Of a DNA stretch of 64,000 bases, positions 53,601 through 64,000 are shown piece after piece. A program made the position numbers and the translations under genes. Each line of letters starts with the position of its first letter. Positions within the stretch are counted from its first letter, which is position 1. The DNA is from Kudoa neothunni (taxonomy: Eukaryota; Animalia; Cnidaria), in the NCBI GenBank assembly GCA_964304625.1, contig OZ199838.1:4919489-4983488 (forward strand), written 5' to 3'. The notes beneath the pieces were generated by a model. The model worked only from the letters and a program-made list of their open reading frames with translations, was not told the origin of the DNA and did no database searches.

Positions 53601-53807
53601 GATAAGTTTTCCATTAATGAGGGTATGCGACGATCCTGTATCCACCAAGCCACTAAATGAATTTTCGGATCCTGGGCAAGCACAAGACACAATTAATCCC
53701 TGGGGCGTGCCTTCGTTTCGAATATTAGTAGTCATGGCAATACTCTCTAATTTCGGTGAATTCGGGAGCGAGGCTCGAGAGTAGGCCTGCCCCCTTTTTC
53801 GTTTCCC
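50607..53807 (-). CDS. pol: Pol polyprotein (protease, RT, RNase H, integrase), probably expressed as Gag-Pol by -1 frameshift
   Basis: LVDTGS; LRLCVDYRKLN, MPFGL, YLDD; CDAS, DREALA, TDH; H..H..C..C, HVDF, SDQG, NGMAER. The frame is open back to the GGGAAAC heptamer. Confidence 0.97.
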   Translation of the reverse strand, partial: GKRKRGQAYSRASLPNSPKLESIAMTTNIRNEGTPQGLIVSCACPGSENSFSGLVDTGSSHTLINGKLINNSMNVVECPYMCLFSARGDKIEISHFITIQVHIGRVWVDCKAFIVNNLIYDAIIGRDFLFEHCNIIIDTKLSDGHLNNIPPRSQSVNTIKYPLQSLVKSRDIKGVNMVRSVERAGDCSVGEYAIHRIVTDGHEPISSRPYRVPIHYRDAVDKEIDRMLSLGVIQRSKSAWSSPVVIVEKKSGDLRLCVDYRKLNDVTVKDEYPLPILEEVLDSLGGANFFSTLDLQSGYWQIPMAPEDVEKTAFSHGRGLYEFLKMPFGLCNGPATFQRIMDRLLSDLPFAIAYLDDIVIFSKSKSEHMDHVDIVLERLDTANLKINNEKSKFCKNELAYLGFIISKDGIRNDPDRVKSILDWKEPKSKDDLQAFLGALNFMHRHIKGLAKLSSHFTDMMSSKVPFKWDDDERKMFRILKEAVKESPTLAYPNPDIPFYLECDASNTAVGAVLYQSPERKDVIAYTSKKLNCSQKNYSVTDREALAIVNAVRKFRHYLIGKKFFILTDHNPLVYLRSMKDPRGRRARWLMEMEDYCYEIMYKPGCQNNIADALSRSVLSMGTYATYDQLRTAQNEDKCIQVAKNAKRNPTESTKLSGNSELKKLYDRRDKLEMVDGLLCHASRFGKLPVVPWRMRRMIVKKVHEECAHSGITKTVQVLRRNFYWPTLEDDVTSMIKKCDICLKVKGNTHKVKVPLMPIPVLGPCVRWHVDFMGPMETTSNGNRFVILFIDQFTKWVEAKALSTITAKETADAFFELIISRHGCPKYLHSDQGVQFESVLFGDVCRLFGVQKSRSTAYHPEGNGMAERQVRNIKTKLKALILENNAEWDQSLDKALLATRITPSATTGYSPAYLMYGRELVTPTSTISYNLNNAVTNPHVYAEKLSNAMRSALNKAKENIEEAQTKQSYYYNRKNVNGKQKIGSHVYIKNRKITSLAPKYEGPYKVIKAKGPVCFVENHTNKIQSVHENDVLPTYTIDESNTNPNTKQNNRPTRNKKRPLYLDDFEV
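53741..53807 (-). promoter_or_regulatory. -1 ribosomal frameshift signal (slippery heptamer plus predicted H-type pseudoknot)
   Basis: G GGA AAC in gag phase, 6-nt spacer, stem GGGGGCAGGC/GCCT-C-GCTCCC, loop TACTCTC complementary to downstream GAGAGTA. Confidence 0.85.
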
Positions 53808-54487
53808 GACCGACTATAGCATTTTTTTGCCATGTGCCCAACCTTTTGGCATATGTTACAGCGTATGAGGCCCTTACATTCGTGGCCAAAATGGTATCTA
53901 CTACCACATTTATAACATTCCTGTTTGTTGGGTGGTCGAGTAGGATAAATTGGTTGTTTCACAGCATTTATGTATGGGGTCGTATCGGTTGCGTCTGTCG
54001 GATTTGCGTCAAGATACGCTTGGGCTTTCTCCACGAGTACCGCCATGTTTCCGGTGGATTCACTGTTCAATATGGGTTGGTACATTTTTGGCACTGTCTC
54101 AACAATTTTTGGTTTCAGGAAGAATATTATATCTTCCGCCGTCGCATTCGGTCTAGCCGCTTTTAGGCGAAGCAAAATTCGATTGGCAAATTCTTGGATT
54201 CTCTCTCCTGACTTTATTTTGTCGTTCAAGAAAATCGTCCACTGGTTTTGTATACTTGTGACACTTGCATAATATCCCTTTATCCTCCTCGTCAACGCTT
54301 CTACGGGACCCAATTCGAGTTTCTCTTGATCGGACGGCTTTAACATTGGACGTTGGTGGATAGGTATTGCTAGTAGCAGGAACGCGTAATGTTGTTCCGT
54401 CGTGTGGTTTTTTATGAGGGATCTTGCCTCCAATTCCTCAAGTTGCACGTCGATCGGCATATCAAAATTAATTTCCTTGATTTTCAT
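53747..54487 (-). CDS. gag: Gag with two CCHC zinc knuckles
   Basis: MHR-like KSGERIQEFANRI; CYKCGSRYHFGHEC and CNICQKVGHMAKKC; first ATG at 54487. Confidence 0.93.
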   Translation of the reverse strand: MKIKEINFDMPIDVQLEELEARSLIKNHTTEQHYAFLLLAIPIHQRPMLKPSDQEKLELGPVEALTRRIKGYYASVTSIQNQWTIFLNDKIKSGERIQEFANRILLRLKAARPNATAEDIIFFLKPKIVETVPKMYQPILNSESTGNMAVLVEKAQAYLDANPTDATDTTPYINAVKQPIYPTRPPNKQECYKCGSRYHFGHECKGLIRCNICQKVGHMAKKCYSRSGNEKGGRPTLEPRSRIHRN

Positions 54488-54498
54488 TTTCACTTGGA

Positions 54499-54510
54499 CC
54501 TCTGACACCA
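54499..54510 (-). promoter_or_regulatory. Primer binding site, probably tRNA-Leu
   Basis: TGGTGTCAGAGG 2 nt after the 5' LTR; complementary to the ...UCUGACACCA 3' end of metazoan tRNA-Leu. Confidence 0.8.
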
Positions 54511-54512
54511 AA

Positions 54513-54629
54513 TGTAACGCGGCAGCGACAAGCTATAGAAAACACGGTTCAACAAAACTAACCACGCCACCGACGACGAACCTCGACCATAACATAAAGG
54601 TGATGATTAATTATATTAGGTTCACTACA
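54513..54629 (-). repeat. 5' LTR of the Gypsy element
   Basis: Identical to 50465-50581. Confidence 0.97.
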
Positions 54630-54714
54630 CGGACCTTGTGTTACAAAGTATAACAACTTTTCCAAATATATCTAGACAGGAGTTCTTTGCATGATAAATT
54701 TTAATCCTGAGACA

Positions 54715-56662
54715 TACACACTTTTTTGGGACGAAACATTTAGGTGCGTAGTATCCGTGTCCGCGCGACGCTGTATTTTGTATTTAACAACCATATTTGC
54801 CCGCCCATATTAATGGTAACTCGAATATATTTGGGAAAAATCAATAGTAAATACACGAAAAAATAAATATAAGGTGAATAAACTATAATAATTCGAAATT
54901 ATGCAGATTTTTTGAAATAATCGGTTATTTTATCGTATTTTGGGAACCGCGTCTTATGTTGCAAATAGAAAAGTCTGATTTGGTTATATTTTCTAACATA
55001 GCTTGGTCATGAACGAAAAAAATTTCCTCAATTTATTTAAATATTCGTAACTTCATTTATGGAACAAATAGTTCTAGTTTGTCCATAATTTTCATTAGAA
55101 GACGATTCATCCATTGTGTCGACTCCATTATTTATCAAGTTAACACATTCTTCATCAACGCAGTCTCTAAGTTGATTTCCTGGTAAATTCCTTTCAAACG
55201 AAGGGATGATGTCTGCTGAATCACAGTTATTAAAAAAGAGATATTTTTTAAAACAGCTTTTTATTGTTTCGTCAGTCACTAATTGCCATGCTTCTTTAAT
55301 CATATACATAGCTTCAAGTAACTCTGGAGGATCATCACTTAAATTGTTATCGGAAACATCCGTGGAATTAGAAATGGCTTTATTTATAAAATAATTTGTC
55401 AGATGATTTTTGTAAATACATTTAAAACTGTTAATAATTCCCTGATCCAATTGCTGCAATACATTGGTTGTTTTGGATGGGAAAAAACAGAGTTGGACGT
55501 TTGAAAAATTTAGTGTTGGGTGGGCTGGACAATTATCAACAAATAATAAGATACTTCTCTTGCATCGAGAAAGTTCACGATTCCGCTCCGTTAGTTATTT
55601 TGAAAAAATCAAGCTGGTCATCCAAGCTTTCTTATTTACGTAATAGGGAAGTGGGGGATCCTTAATCTTCCGAAAGCAACGAGGTTTTTCAAAATTTCCA
55701 ATTATTAATAACGGTCATTTTTCTCAAAACATCGAGAAAATGGCAAGAATAGTTACTCTCCTCTTCGATTTTTAGAACCGTGCAAGTTTCCCTCCTTTTT
55801 AAATACGTAACCATACACCAAATTTCGTATTGTGATACAAATTTAAAGTATATTTTATTTTTTCTTTGCTGATAAAATAGCTCGGTCTCATTCTAATTAA
55901 AAATATCTTTTGGGTAATAATTGTCAATCAATTTTAACAGTTGATCTTTCCAAGAGGAAACTATTTCAGGACCGACACTCTTAGACTCTCCTGTGAATTT
56001 GTTCCTCTTCAGCCCAACTCTTGAAGCAAAGCCTTGAAACCAACCTCTACCAACTTTAGAAGTTGTTTTTTTAACTTCAAATGAATAGTCGTTAGCATTA
56101 TTAATTATATCATCCCTTGATAACTCGATATTATTAGTTCTTATTAACTCAATTCACTCCTTAACTTTGGAATCTAACGTGGAAAAATTCCCTTTTCTTA
56201 AGGTTTTTCTGCTGTGATCTGGGTCTCCAGAGTTTAAATTGTTCATAATACCGCTCCTTTTTAATAATATGCTATTCAAAGAAAATATCGATTTGAGATT
56301 AAATTTCTCAACGGTTTTAGTTTTTGAGCCATTGAATCCTTTTATTTCGTCGTAATAATTTATTATTTTAATCTTCTCATCTAACGATCGATATTTTCTC
56401 TGATTTCTTAATTGCGTACTAACCATGTCGTTGGATCTAATTTGGGGGATTTTTAATGCGCAATATCCATGAAGTGCGCAGTAAGCATGCAGCCAAATTT
56501 TCTCTGGTTGTGAGCAATATTTTTAATAATAATTTTTCTTAATTAAACATTTTTAAGTTTATTGTACTATAGATAACAATATTATGTATTATTAATAGGA
56601 AACCTTGCCATAATATCAAAAAGTGCGTAGTACCCCTGCTTCGCAATATCCCTGCACTACTG
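54715..56662 (-). mobile_element. Tigger/pogo DNA transposon, inactivated; outer 3' TIR apparently displaced to 50039-50065
   Basis: Minus-strand TA|CAGTAGTGCAGGGATATTGCG; MVSTQLRNQRKYRSLDEKIKII, GWFQGF, DETELFYQQ, QQLDQGIINSFK; TA|CAGTAATGCAC at 50039. Confidence 0.88.
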
Positions 56663-57983
56663 TATATAGATTTAATTTTTTAGAATCTGTTCTATTTAAT
56701 TATTTCCGGCTTCAATAATGAGACAGCGAGATTTAAACGATTATACATAAACAAAACTAATGGCACCTGAGTATCACGCTGACTTATGGGTCGTGCGTAA
56801 TCAAAAGGGAAATCAAAGTCATTAAGCACAAACCATAATTACGTACGTCATTTCAATTTGCGCGTGCGAAAATAGATAAAATTTTTAAAAATTAGGTTGT
56901 ATTTTGACAAATAAACATACTTATTTAATTTTATATTTGAAAAATTTTTTAATTAAATGCGATTTATTAGATTAAGGTTCAAAAAATGTATTATGCGAAA
57001 TGTTTAATCTTTTTGTAAAGCTATAAACCAAATAGTAGATGCAGGTATTAATTGTGAGGAATCATAAGTGATTCATTAGCTTAGCTGATAGAAATTTATT
57101 GGGAATCCTCTATTTTTTTCTATCATCAATTCAATCTACTCTTTCAATGGTAGCACAATTTCCACATTTACTCCCTTTACGACTTTTTCTTAAATTAGAA
57201 AAATAAAATCGTATAAGATTAAAACAACTAATCTGTATAGTTATGGTAGTATTCATGGTAAATCTTGTTTTTATATCAAAAATCTTCATTGTTTCAAATT
57301 TAGCGATGGATTTACCCTCTACCTTTTGATAATATTTTACTCATTCGATTTTTGGGACAGTGTGAGAATTTTTTTACCGCCTGTTGACACACAAGCCATA
57401 ATCTTCGTAATTATGAAACAAAAATCATTACACACGATATATAAAATGTATAAAAACTATTGATAATGTTATAAAGTTTGTAGAGTGTAAGTCAAATTTT
57501 CTAGGAATTGATTAATCTGTTTTATTGCTATGTTGCATAATACCCATAAGTCACTGTATTTATCATGTCATCAGCCAACTTCATGAATTCGTACACGAAT
57601 TGTAATCAGTCTTAAAACCACAGTGTGATATTATGGGAGCAACTACGTTTCCACCTTAGTTAATCCATGCTAACCGTTTCATAAAAATCGACTTGATTTT
57701 ATTCGATCCAAAAATAATTTAATTAGGATTTCCTATGATAGTTATCATTAAGAAAACAAAGCTTATTCTTATGGATTAGCGATAAGATATGTGGTAGGAT
57801 GAAACAGAATACAGCCTCTAAATCACGCAGAATTTCCAGTATGACCCTGCATTTCGATTAAAGCAAATAAAACGCGTTTTAGGGTACCAAATGGCCCAGA
57901 GAAATTCCGCTCCAATTATCACAAAAATAACCAATTAATTGAGTTGTATGAAGTTTTCCAACACTATCTAGTACAAAAATCCA

Positions 57984-58256
57984 TCAGATCTCGCCAGTCC
58001 TAAACAACAACACGGCCACACTACCAATGTACATGTAAATAAAATAGGAGGCTTCATGGGAAACAAACGAGCCAAAATTTCGACCAACAACGCAATGCCA
58101 GACACCATTATGCAGTTTATCAAATTCTTTTTTGATGTATTCAGCTATTTCACGTTCAATTTTGAAATTCTTAAAAGCATGCTGAGCAATCCTGATGGCA
58201 TCATGCTTTAAATTCTCAGCCATATCAGTGTGTCTGATATCGGGTTCTTGATCCAT
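57984..58256 (-). CDS. DYNLL: Dynein light chain LC8-type, single exon
   Basis: IAEYIKKEFDK...WHCVVGRNFGSFVSHE...FIYMYIG..AVLLFRTG. Confidence 0.95.
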   Translation of the reverse strand: MDQEPDIRHTDMAENLKHDAIRIAQHAFKNFKIEREIAEYIKKEFDKLHNGVWHCVVGRNFGSFVSHEASYFIYMYIGSVAVLLFRTGEI

Positions 58257-58877
58257 TTGAGATTTATATCGGTAGTTTGGTTGTAGAACAACGGCGTATG
58301 AATATGAATGTTTGCTCGAAACACGCTTTACCCAAAGGCAAAAAAGTTTTTACAATAACAAACGAATGAGAGCGAGGATTACCGATATTGTCTTGATAAT
58401 TGGAGGGGTTTTTATAATTAAACATAAATTTTATCATGCTCTCATGAAGATTGGCGCCGAGCTACTGGGTTCAAAGGATTGGTTTGGTAAAAATAAGAAT
58501 TAACATTAGACTATTCATATTTCATACAGTCATGGTAGGATAATCACATAAAAATAGAGCATTTCGATATTACTTGACAGATTTCACACTTAGCTCAGAG
58601 CTAAATTATCTAAAAAATATTTGTTACATTTTTTCGTTAAAATTTTATAATATTCTTGTCATTAGTATTAACGGAAAGTTCAAATTTCGATATTACGAAA
58701 TTTCAGGACCTATATTATTGATATGAAAAACCGAGAACTTAAATGAAACAGGGACCATGCGTAATTTCCAAAAACTTTAAATTTTTGTTTGAGAAGCGAA
58801 TCTATTAAATATATTTTTGAATAATTTAAATATTTTTAATTGTCCAATCAGTAATGGAGGAGTATCCAGCTCCAGAT

Positions 58878-60524
58878 CCAAAATTTCGGCATGTTTGCAC
58901 GTGCCGAAAGTAGATGATTATGTCCTATGATTTAACCTATTTTTAAAGTATTGAGTGACCAAAAAAATTTCAAAAATTCAATTCTAGAATGTTACCAAAA
59001 ATCACGCTTCGGCATAAATCGACTGTCGCGCATATCAGCGCGCACAAATTTTCGCTCTTGTTTTTGACGTAATTAACCTTCGAAAGCATCCAATTTTTAT
59101 AATTTTTTAATCTATATCATTTTTACGTTTATTGTAAAAATTATATTTTATATAAATTGTTGTACACAAAGAGGAATGATAATTAATATTTTTATCTTAT
59201 AAATATTAGCATTGAAAGTAGTTTTTCATATTTCTAAAAAGATTTATAGTGGTAAATTTATACATCAATACTTTAATCTGTCTCAATATAACTCTATCAT
59301 CATGGCGGAATTTATAACCCAGCTTCAATTTTACCACATTTTGTTCCTCATGAATGCATTATTTGCTTTCCTATCTGGTAAAAGATGGGTAAAATCCCTG
59401 ATGTATCGGAAAATTATCTCATATATCACACCTTACGTTTGCAGATGACAAAAAGGAAAAAAACAAAACTTAAACTAATTTATTTAATAATGAGTTGGAA
59501 AAATACACATATATATGTTTAAATTAATTTTATTTTTAAAATTTATTTCCAGACGAGATTATATTACTCATTTTCCCCCAGGACTTTCACATTCTTTGGT
59601 AACAATAACAAGTTAAGGGAAAAACACCGAAATTACCAGTATTTCACTTATTTAATTGATCTATCATTGGTGTATTGAAGAATATGAGCTGTGGAATGTT
59701 TCAACGAAAAAAGAAATTGAGTGGAACTAATAAAATAATTGAAGTTGACGAGTATCCACTAAGGAAGCGCGGTAAGAACGACTGAGAAAATAAAATAAAT
59801 TCGCAATGGACAAATTGTTTTAAATAGCTGTTGTGTATTTTGTAAGCAGGCAGTGCAGAGAAAAACACAGATTAGAAATGGACCGCGTTCAGATTAGCGG
59901 AAGTGTTCAAACTTTCGCGAAGTTTATGAATACATAAACGATATCCCAAAATAATGCGAACACATTATAAAATATAATTTAATTCTAAACTATTCATGAC
60001 ATATTTATTCGCCTATTATATATTATCATTCATATATTTCTTGATTCCATCATGCTTTGGAACATTTTAATATATTCTTTCGATTTACTGGCTAACTTTA
60101 GTACTAATGCATATAAAAATAATATATAAACTAAATCATACAGTGTGTTACACTATTCTGAAATACTATTCATGTCAATTGCAAATTTGGTGTTTAAAAA
60201 GCGCAATAACATAGCTGAATAAAATCTGAACGTTAATTCCAATAAATAATGCCTGTCCGACGCATTTCAATAAACGTAAAAATGATATAGATTAAAAAAT
60301 TATAAAAATTGGATGCTTTCGAAGGTTAATTACGTCAAAAACAAGAGCGAAAATTTGTGCGCGCTGATATGCGCGACAGTCGATTTATGCCGAAGCGTGA
60401 TTTTTGGTAACATTCTAGAATTGAATTTTTGAAATTTTTTTGGTCACTCAATACTTTAAAAATAGGTTAAATCATAGGACATAATCATCTACTTTCCGCA
60501 TGAGAAAACATGCCGAAATTTTGG
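58878..60524. mobile_element. Long-TIR element with Merlin/IS1595-like transposase relic
   Basis: 257-bp inverted arms (58878-59134; 60268-60524); internal KKLSGTNKIIEVDEYPLRKR (59711-59770) resembles the Merlin GG.GK.VE.DE..F.KRK motif. No TSD found. Confidence 0.7.
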
Positions 60525-63500
60525 TGGGACATGAACATCCTTGAGCATTGAATGAACGGCTCTTGTAGGACGTGAAAAATCCTGGGCATTGATGTGACAT
60601 GGATAATTGTGAGATAATTGGGCAATGTGGCGCACATTGAAATAAATACCTCGGTTTTTGGTCTTATTTATTTTTAAGCGAAAATGAATATTGATTAATT
60701 TTCAATATTAATTATTTTATTTCGGTTTATAAGTCCCTAATACAGAAAAGTTCTGCCTAATGCGGGTTGGATTACCATAAGTTTCACTGAACGCAGTTTT
60801 TGAATGAATGAAGAAATAAAAATGTTAGGTTTTAAGGTCCATCTATAAATTAAATTAGATCTGGTCGAATGAATTTTAATTTTAATTCTTATGAAAAAGA
60901 AATATATATAAGTCATTTTCTAATTTTAATGTGGCATGAAGCTTGATTCAAAATTATAAGCAGTTTAAATTAAAAAATCAATACATTTGAAAAAGAGGGA
61001 ATTATTTCCAAGGAAAAGTTGGGTGCGATAGAAAAAAGATCGGGAAACACTGGTCTAATCTATTCACCATCCATCCACTTCAATGTAAATGAAGAGTGCC
61101 CGTGTGGGTCAACAAGTACGCATGTGCGAAGAATGTTTTTTCCGTATGGAGAAATATTTATGAAACTTTTAATAATTAAAGATCTTGAAAAATAACTTTC
61201 AACAGTCATCCGACCACCAAAAGCTCGAAATATACTTAAAAATGTTGATTTTATCCATTTTAAGCTGGTTGAACGGATTACACATTTTCAACAATAGGAT
61301 TAACACACACCTATTTCAGAGTTGTAGTTAACATACCCCTTTATTGCTCGAATTTACCATTAATTTAAAAATTTCATCTATTCATATATATAAAAGAGGT
61401 GCTTACTTTTGGATGTGTGCACGAATACACTCCTTATGTTCGAAGTTTTAATATAATTGACTCGACATGTACACTAAAAATTCAATGTATGTCTTTAAGT
61501 ATATCAAAAAGGTGCATTTTAGGTTTAATTAGTGAGGAATTCGTTTTTATTTTTATTCAGATACATCAAGACCTTATTACACCTGAACTATATTCTCCGA
61601 TTTCATTGCAATCGTCCGCTAAATTCACGTTTCATTAGTAAATGAAAACGATGTAATTTTTAGCTTATCTAATTATTTTAATTATTTAATGTTTTCGATT
61701 AACGCGATTTCGCATCCGTCAGTGGGAGGAAGCATATCAAAATACATGTGGTGTCAGGGGATATTAATTTTCGTATATTTTCTTCCATCTTTTTTTTATT
61801 TTTTTATCTCGTTGAAATTTTGTTGCACGAACTCTTTGAATTGAGTGTAAAAATAACGTTTTAATTAACATTTTAAAGAAATTTATGTAATTCGGGACGC
61901 AAAAAATATAACATCGACTTGAATTATTTAGTGTTGTTCTGAGATCACAAAATTGTTAATTGAAGGCCGGGGTTAGGACATCCCACCCAGAAATGATGAT
62001 GATTTTAATTTCGCTAGTAACAATCGTTAAAAATAAGTTGCTGTAGAATAATTTTGTCTGACTCCTTCCTTAGGTTAATTTAAACGATTAGTATATATTT
62101 TGAATGTTTTTAAGAAACTTCTCAATAAAAAATATTCCCCGGCGAAACTAGTAAGTTCACGCAAGTTAATCATAAATTAATACTTCATAGTATTGTTAAA
62201 TTCCAATAGTAGTTTAAATAGAGAACACATTTCACTTAAATTTTTTCTTGAATTGATACCAGCTAAATAAATAGGTGCCAGTCATTTAGGATACTATTAT
62301 GGTAAGAACATGAAATTTTATCGTAATGACACCCCAAAAGCTTCTGTTTTATTGTTATAGACACAAGTTTTAGTAATAAATTGTTCTCTGTAATTTCCAG
62401 ATTAATGTTTGTAACATAAAGAATCCAAAACCATTTTTACAATCCAATTTATCCATTAATCAGTCCGAATCGTTGATAAAGGAGCGACATATTCTGTTAT
62501 CATTCTTTCAAATGGTGATTGATTTCTAACTTTTGAAAGTACATTTTCACTTTAACTGTGATGTCACGGTACTACAGTTATCATAAATTCCTTTGGATAA
62601 AGCCAATATGTTGTAAAAAGGATAGAACTTTTTAGCAATGATTTTTTAATACGAAAGTATCTTCAAGAAGTAATGTATCAACGCCTACTAATGAGAAACT
62701 CACGCATATTTTGTGGTATACGAAATATACGAACTCTTCAGATGGTATACGATCTTGTATATTAACCTAGAAAGAGTATAAATTATAATTTGTAAAGATA
62801 TATACATTCAATAAAAATACAAAAGCTTATAACAGCATGTAGATGCTTATATTGCAATAACGTTAGAAAATATTGAATAAACACCGAATTTGTTTTTCAA
62901 TATTTTCTAATTATACTTATGCGTCAAAAACGTTGGTGTATTAGATCCGCAAGAATACAATATCAGTAGTCGATTTTAGTGCCCTCAGAAGGTAAAAGAT
63001 TTAAAAAAACCTTTTGCAATCTAATAAACATTTAAAATAAATATTTGTGGTGAAAATTAATTTGGAGCACGGTTTTTATAAATATTGTTGGGCCGTGATT
63101 ACTAAAATAAACAATTCTAACGCATGGTTTTCCTCATTTTAGTTGTAATACATAAATTGTGAGGTTGTCACATAGAAAAGATCAAGAAAATTTGAAATTT
63201 AGAGTTTAGATATATAGTAAACACTATGAAATAGATTAGTGGAGCAAATATGCTGAAAATGGTAACACAAATTAATTATTTGTTATTATACTCAAAATAC
63301 CATCAAACTATAAAATATCATAAACTTTAAATGAAATTACTTTCCTTCCATTCTCCAGTATTACGTTTAATATATTTCAGTCTATTTCCATGTTTCACAA
63401 ATGTTTCACAAATGTTGACTCATATTTGTTTTTATTAAACTCTAGAAAACAGTTATTACAGGAAGTTTTTTGACTTAACTAGTTAAGGTTAAGTATAAAC

Positions 63501-64000
63501 ATAATTTATAATTTTTGTATTGATAAAAAACTTTTATTGTAATATGAACATAAATGGTCCAAATACTCAATTTAACGTTTTTATATGTGAAAGAATTAAC
63601 TATTATTATAATAAGGTTTGTTGTGTGATTCGTATTAATCCTCATGTTACACGTATTTTCTATTGTATGAATTTTTTATGAAATTTATAATGTTTGGTTT
63701 TAAACTCACACAAGGATTCTTTGAAAAATAGAGAAAACGATAACAGTTTGTTAGGAACTGCTAAATCCTCAGCAATCACGTGTTTGCAGTGTCAATCTGA
63801 ACGGAAAATTGTGCCTGTTAGATGATCACTGTTAAGGGTGGTGTTAGACTAGATGATACCAACCTCAAAGATATTATTTACATTGATGAGTTTAATGAAA
63901 AGTTTATACAACGCATAATACCCTTGGCATCAGTGATACTTTATACAAATATTGAGGAACAGTACTATTTTATGAGTTATGATCAATTTTCTGTTGTGCT

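Larger units (their letters stand above)
50465..54629 (-). mobile_element. Intact Ty3/Gypsy LTR retrotransposon (4165 bp)
   Basis: Two identical 117-bp TG...CA LTRs, TSD CGGAC (50460-50464; 54630-54634), PBS, PPT, uninterrupted gag and pol in PR-RT-RH-IN order. Confidence 0.98.
50355..54645 (+). mobile_element. Solo-LTR-like TG...CA element, copy 2, split by the Gypsy insertion (50355-50464 plus 54635-54645)
   Basis: TGTAACATGTGGATTA...GTATGGCACCACCGCCTTTTAGTG...CTTGTGTTACA matches 33130-33258; flanks AAATA/AAGTA resemble a 5-bp TSD. Confidence 0.75.

Noticed and set aside
51924-54653. Numerous antisense and overlapping ORFs across gag-pol
   Set aside because: Expected shadows of a GC-richer coding region; no motifs.
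60540-64000. Possible hAT remnants or gene fragments
   Set aside because: Only isolated TIR-like words (e.g. GGGAAACACTGG ~61042); no supportable model.
1-64000. CRISPR arrays, rRNA genes, prokaryotic operons
   Set aside because: No regularly spaced repeats or rRNA motifs seen; spliceosomal introns show the sequence is eukaryotic.

Overview
AT-rich eukaryotic nuclear DNA, probably from an animal with a miniaturised gene architecture (tiny introns suggest a reduced or parasitic lineage; this is inference). Compact housekeeping genes, most split by ~40-70 nt GT-AG introns, sit as islands in a dense field of transposons. Genes read by hand: DDX54 (5' part only), BET1, NME6, SH3BGRL3-like, FAM50/XAP5, RABL3, FAN1, PRELI-domain protein, ABHD11, GTF2E1, an orphan gene, EXOSC3 and dynein light chain LC8. 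Mobile DNA: one intact, minimal 4.17 kb Ty3/Gypsy element (identical 117-bp LTRs, 5-bp TSD, PBS, PPT, -1 slippery site plus predicted pseudoknot), several decayed Tigger/pogo, piggyBac and hAT elements, a Merlin-like foldback element, MITEs and a tRNA-headed SINE with TSD. The most unusual observations are a ~125-bp TG...CA solo-LTR-like family carrying tRNA-type A/B boxes (two copies, one the target of the Gypsy), a +1 frame break at GCT-TGA-C inside the conserved FAM50 motif, interruptions at nearly the same codon in several Tigger transposases, and signs of arm homogenisation in long inverted repeats. All splice models were built by eye, so exon boundaries are provisional.
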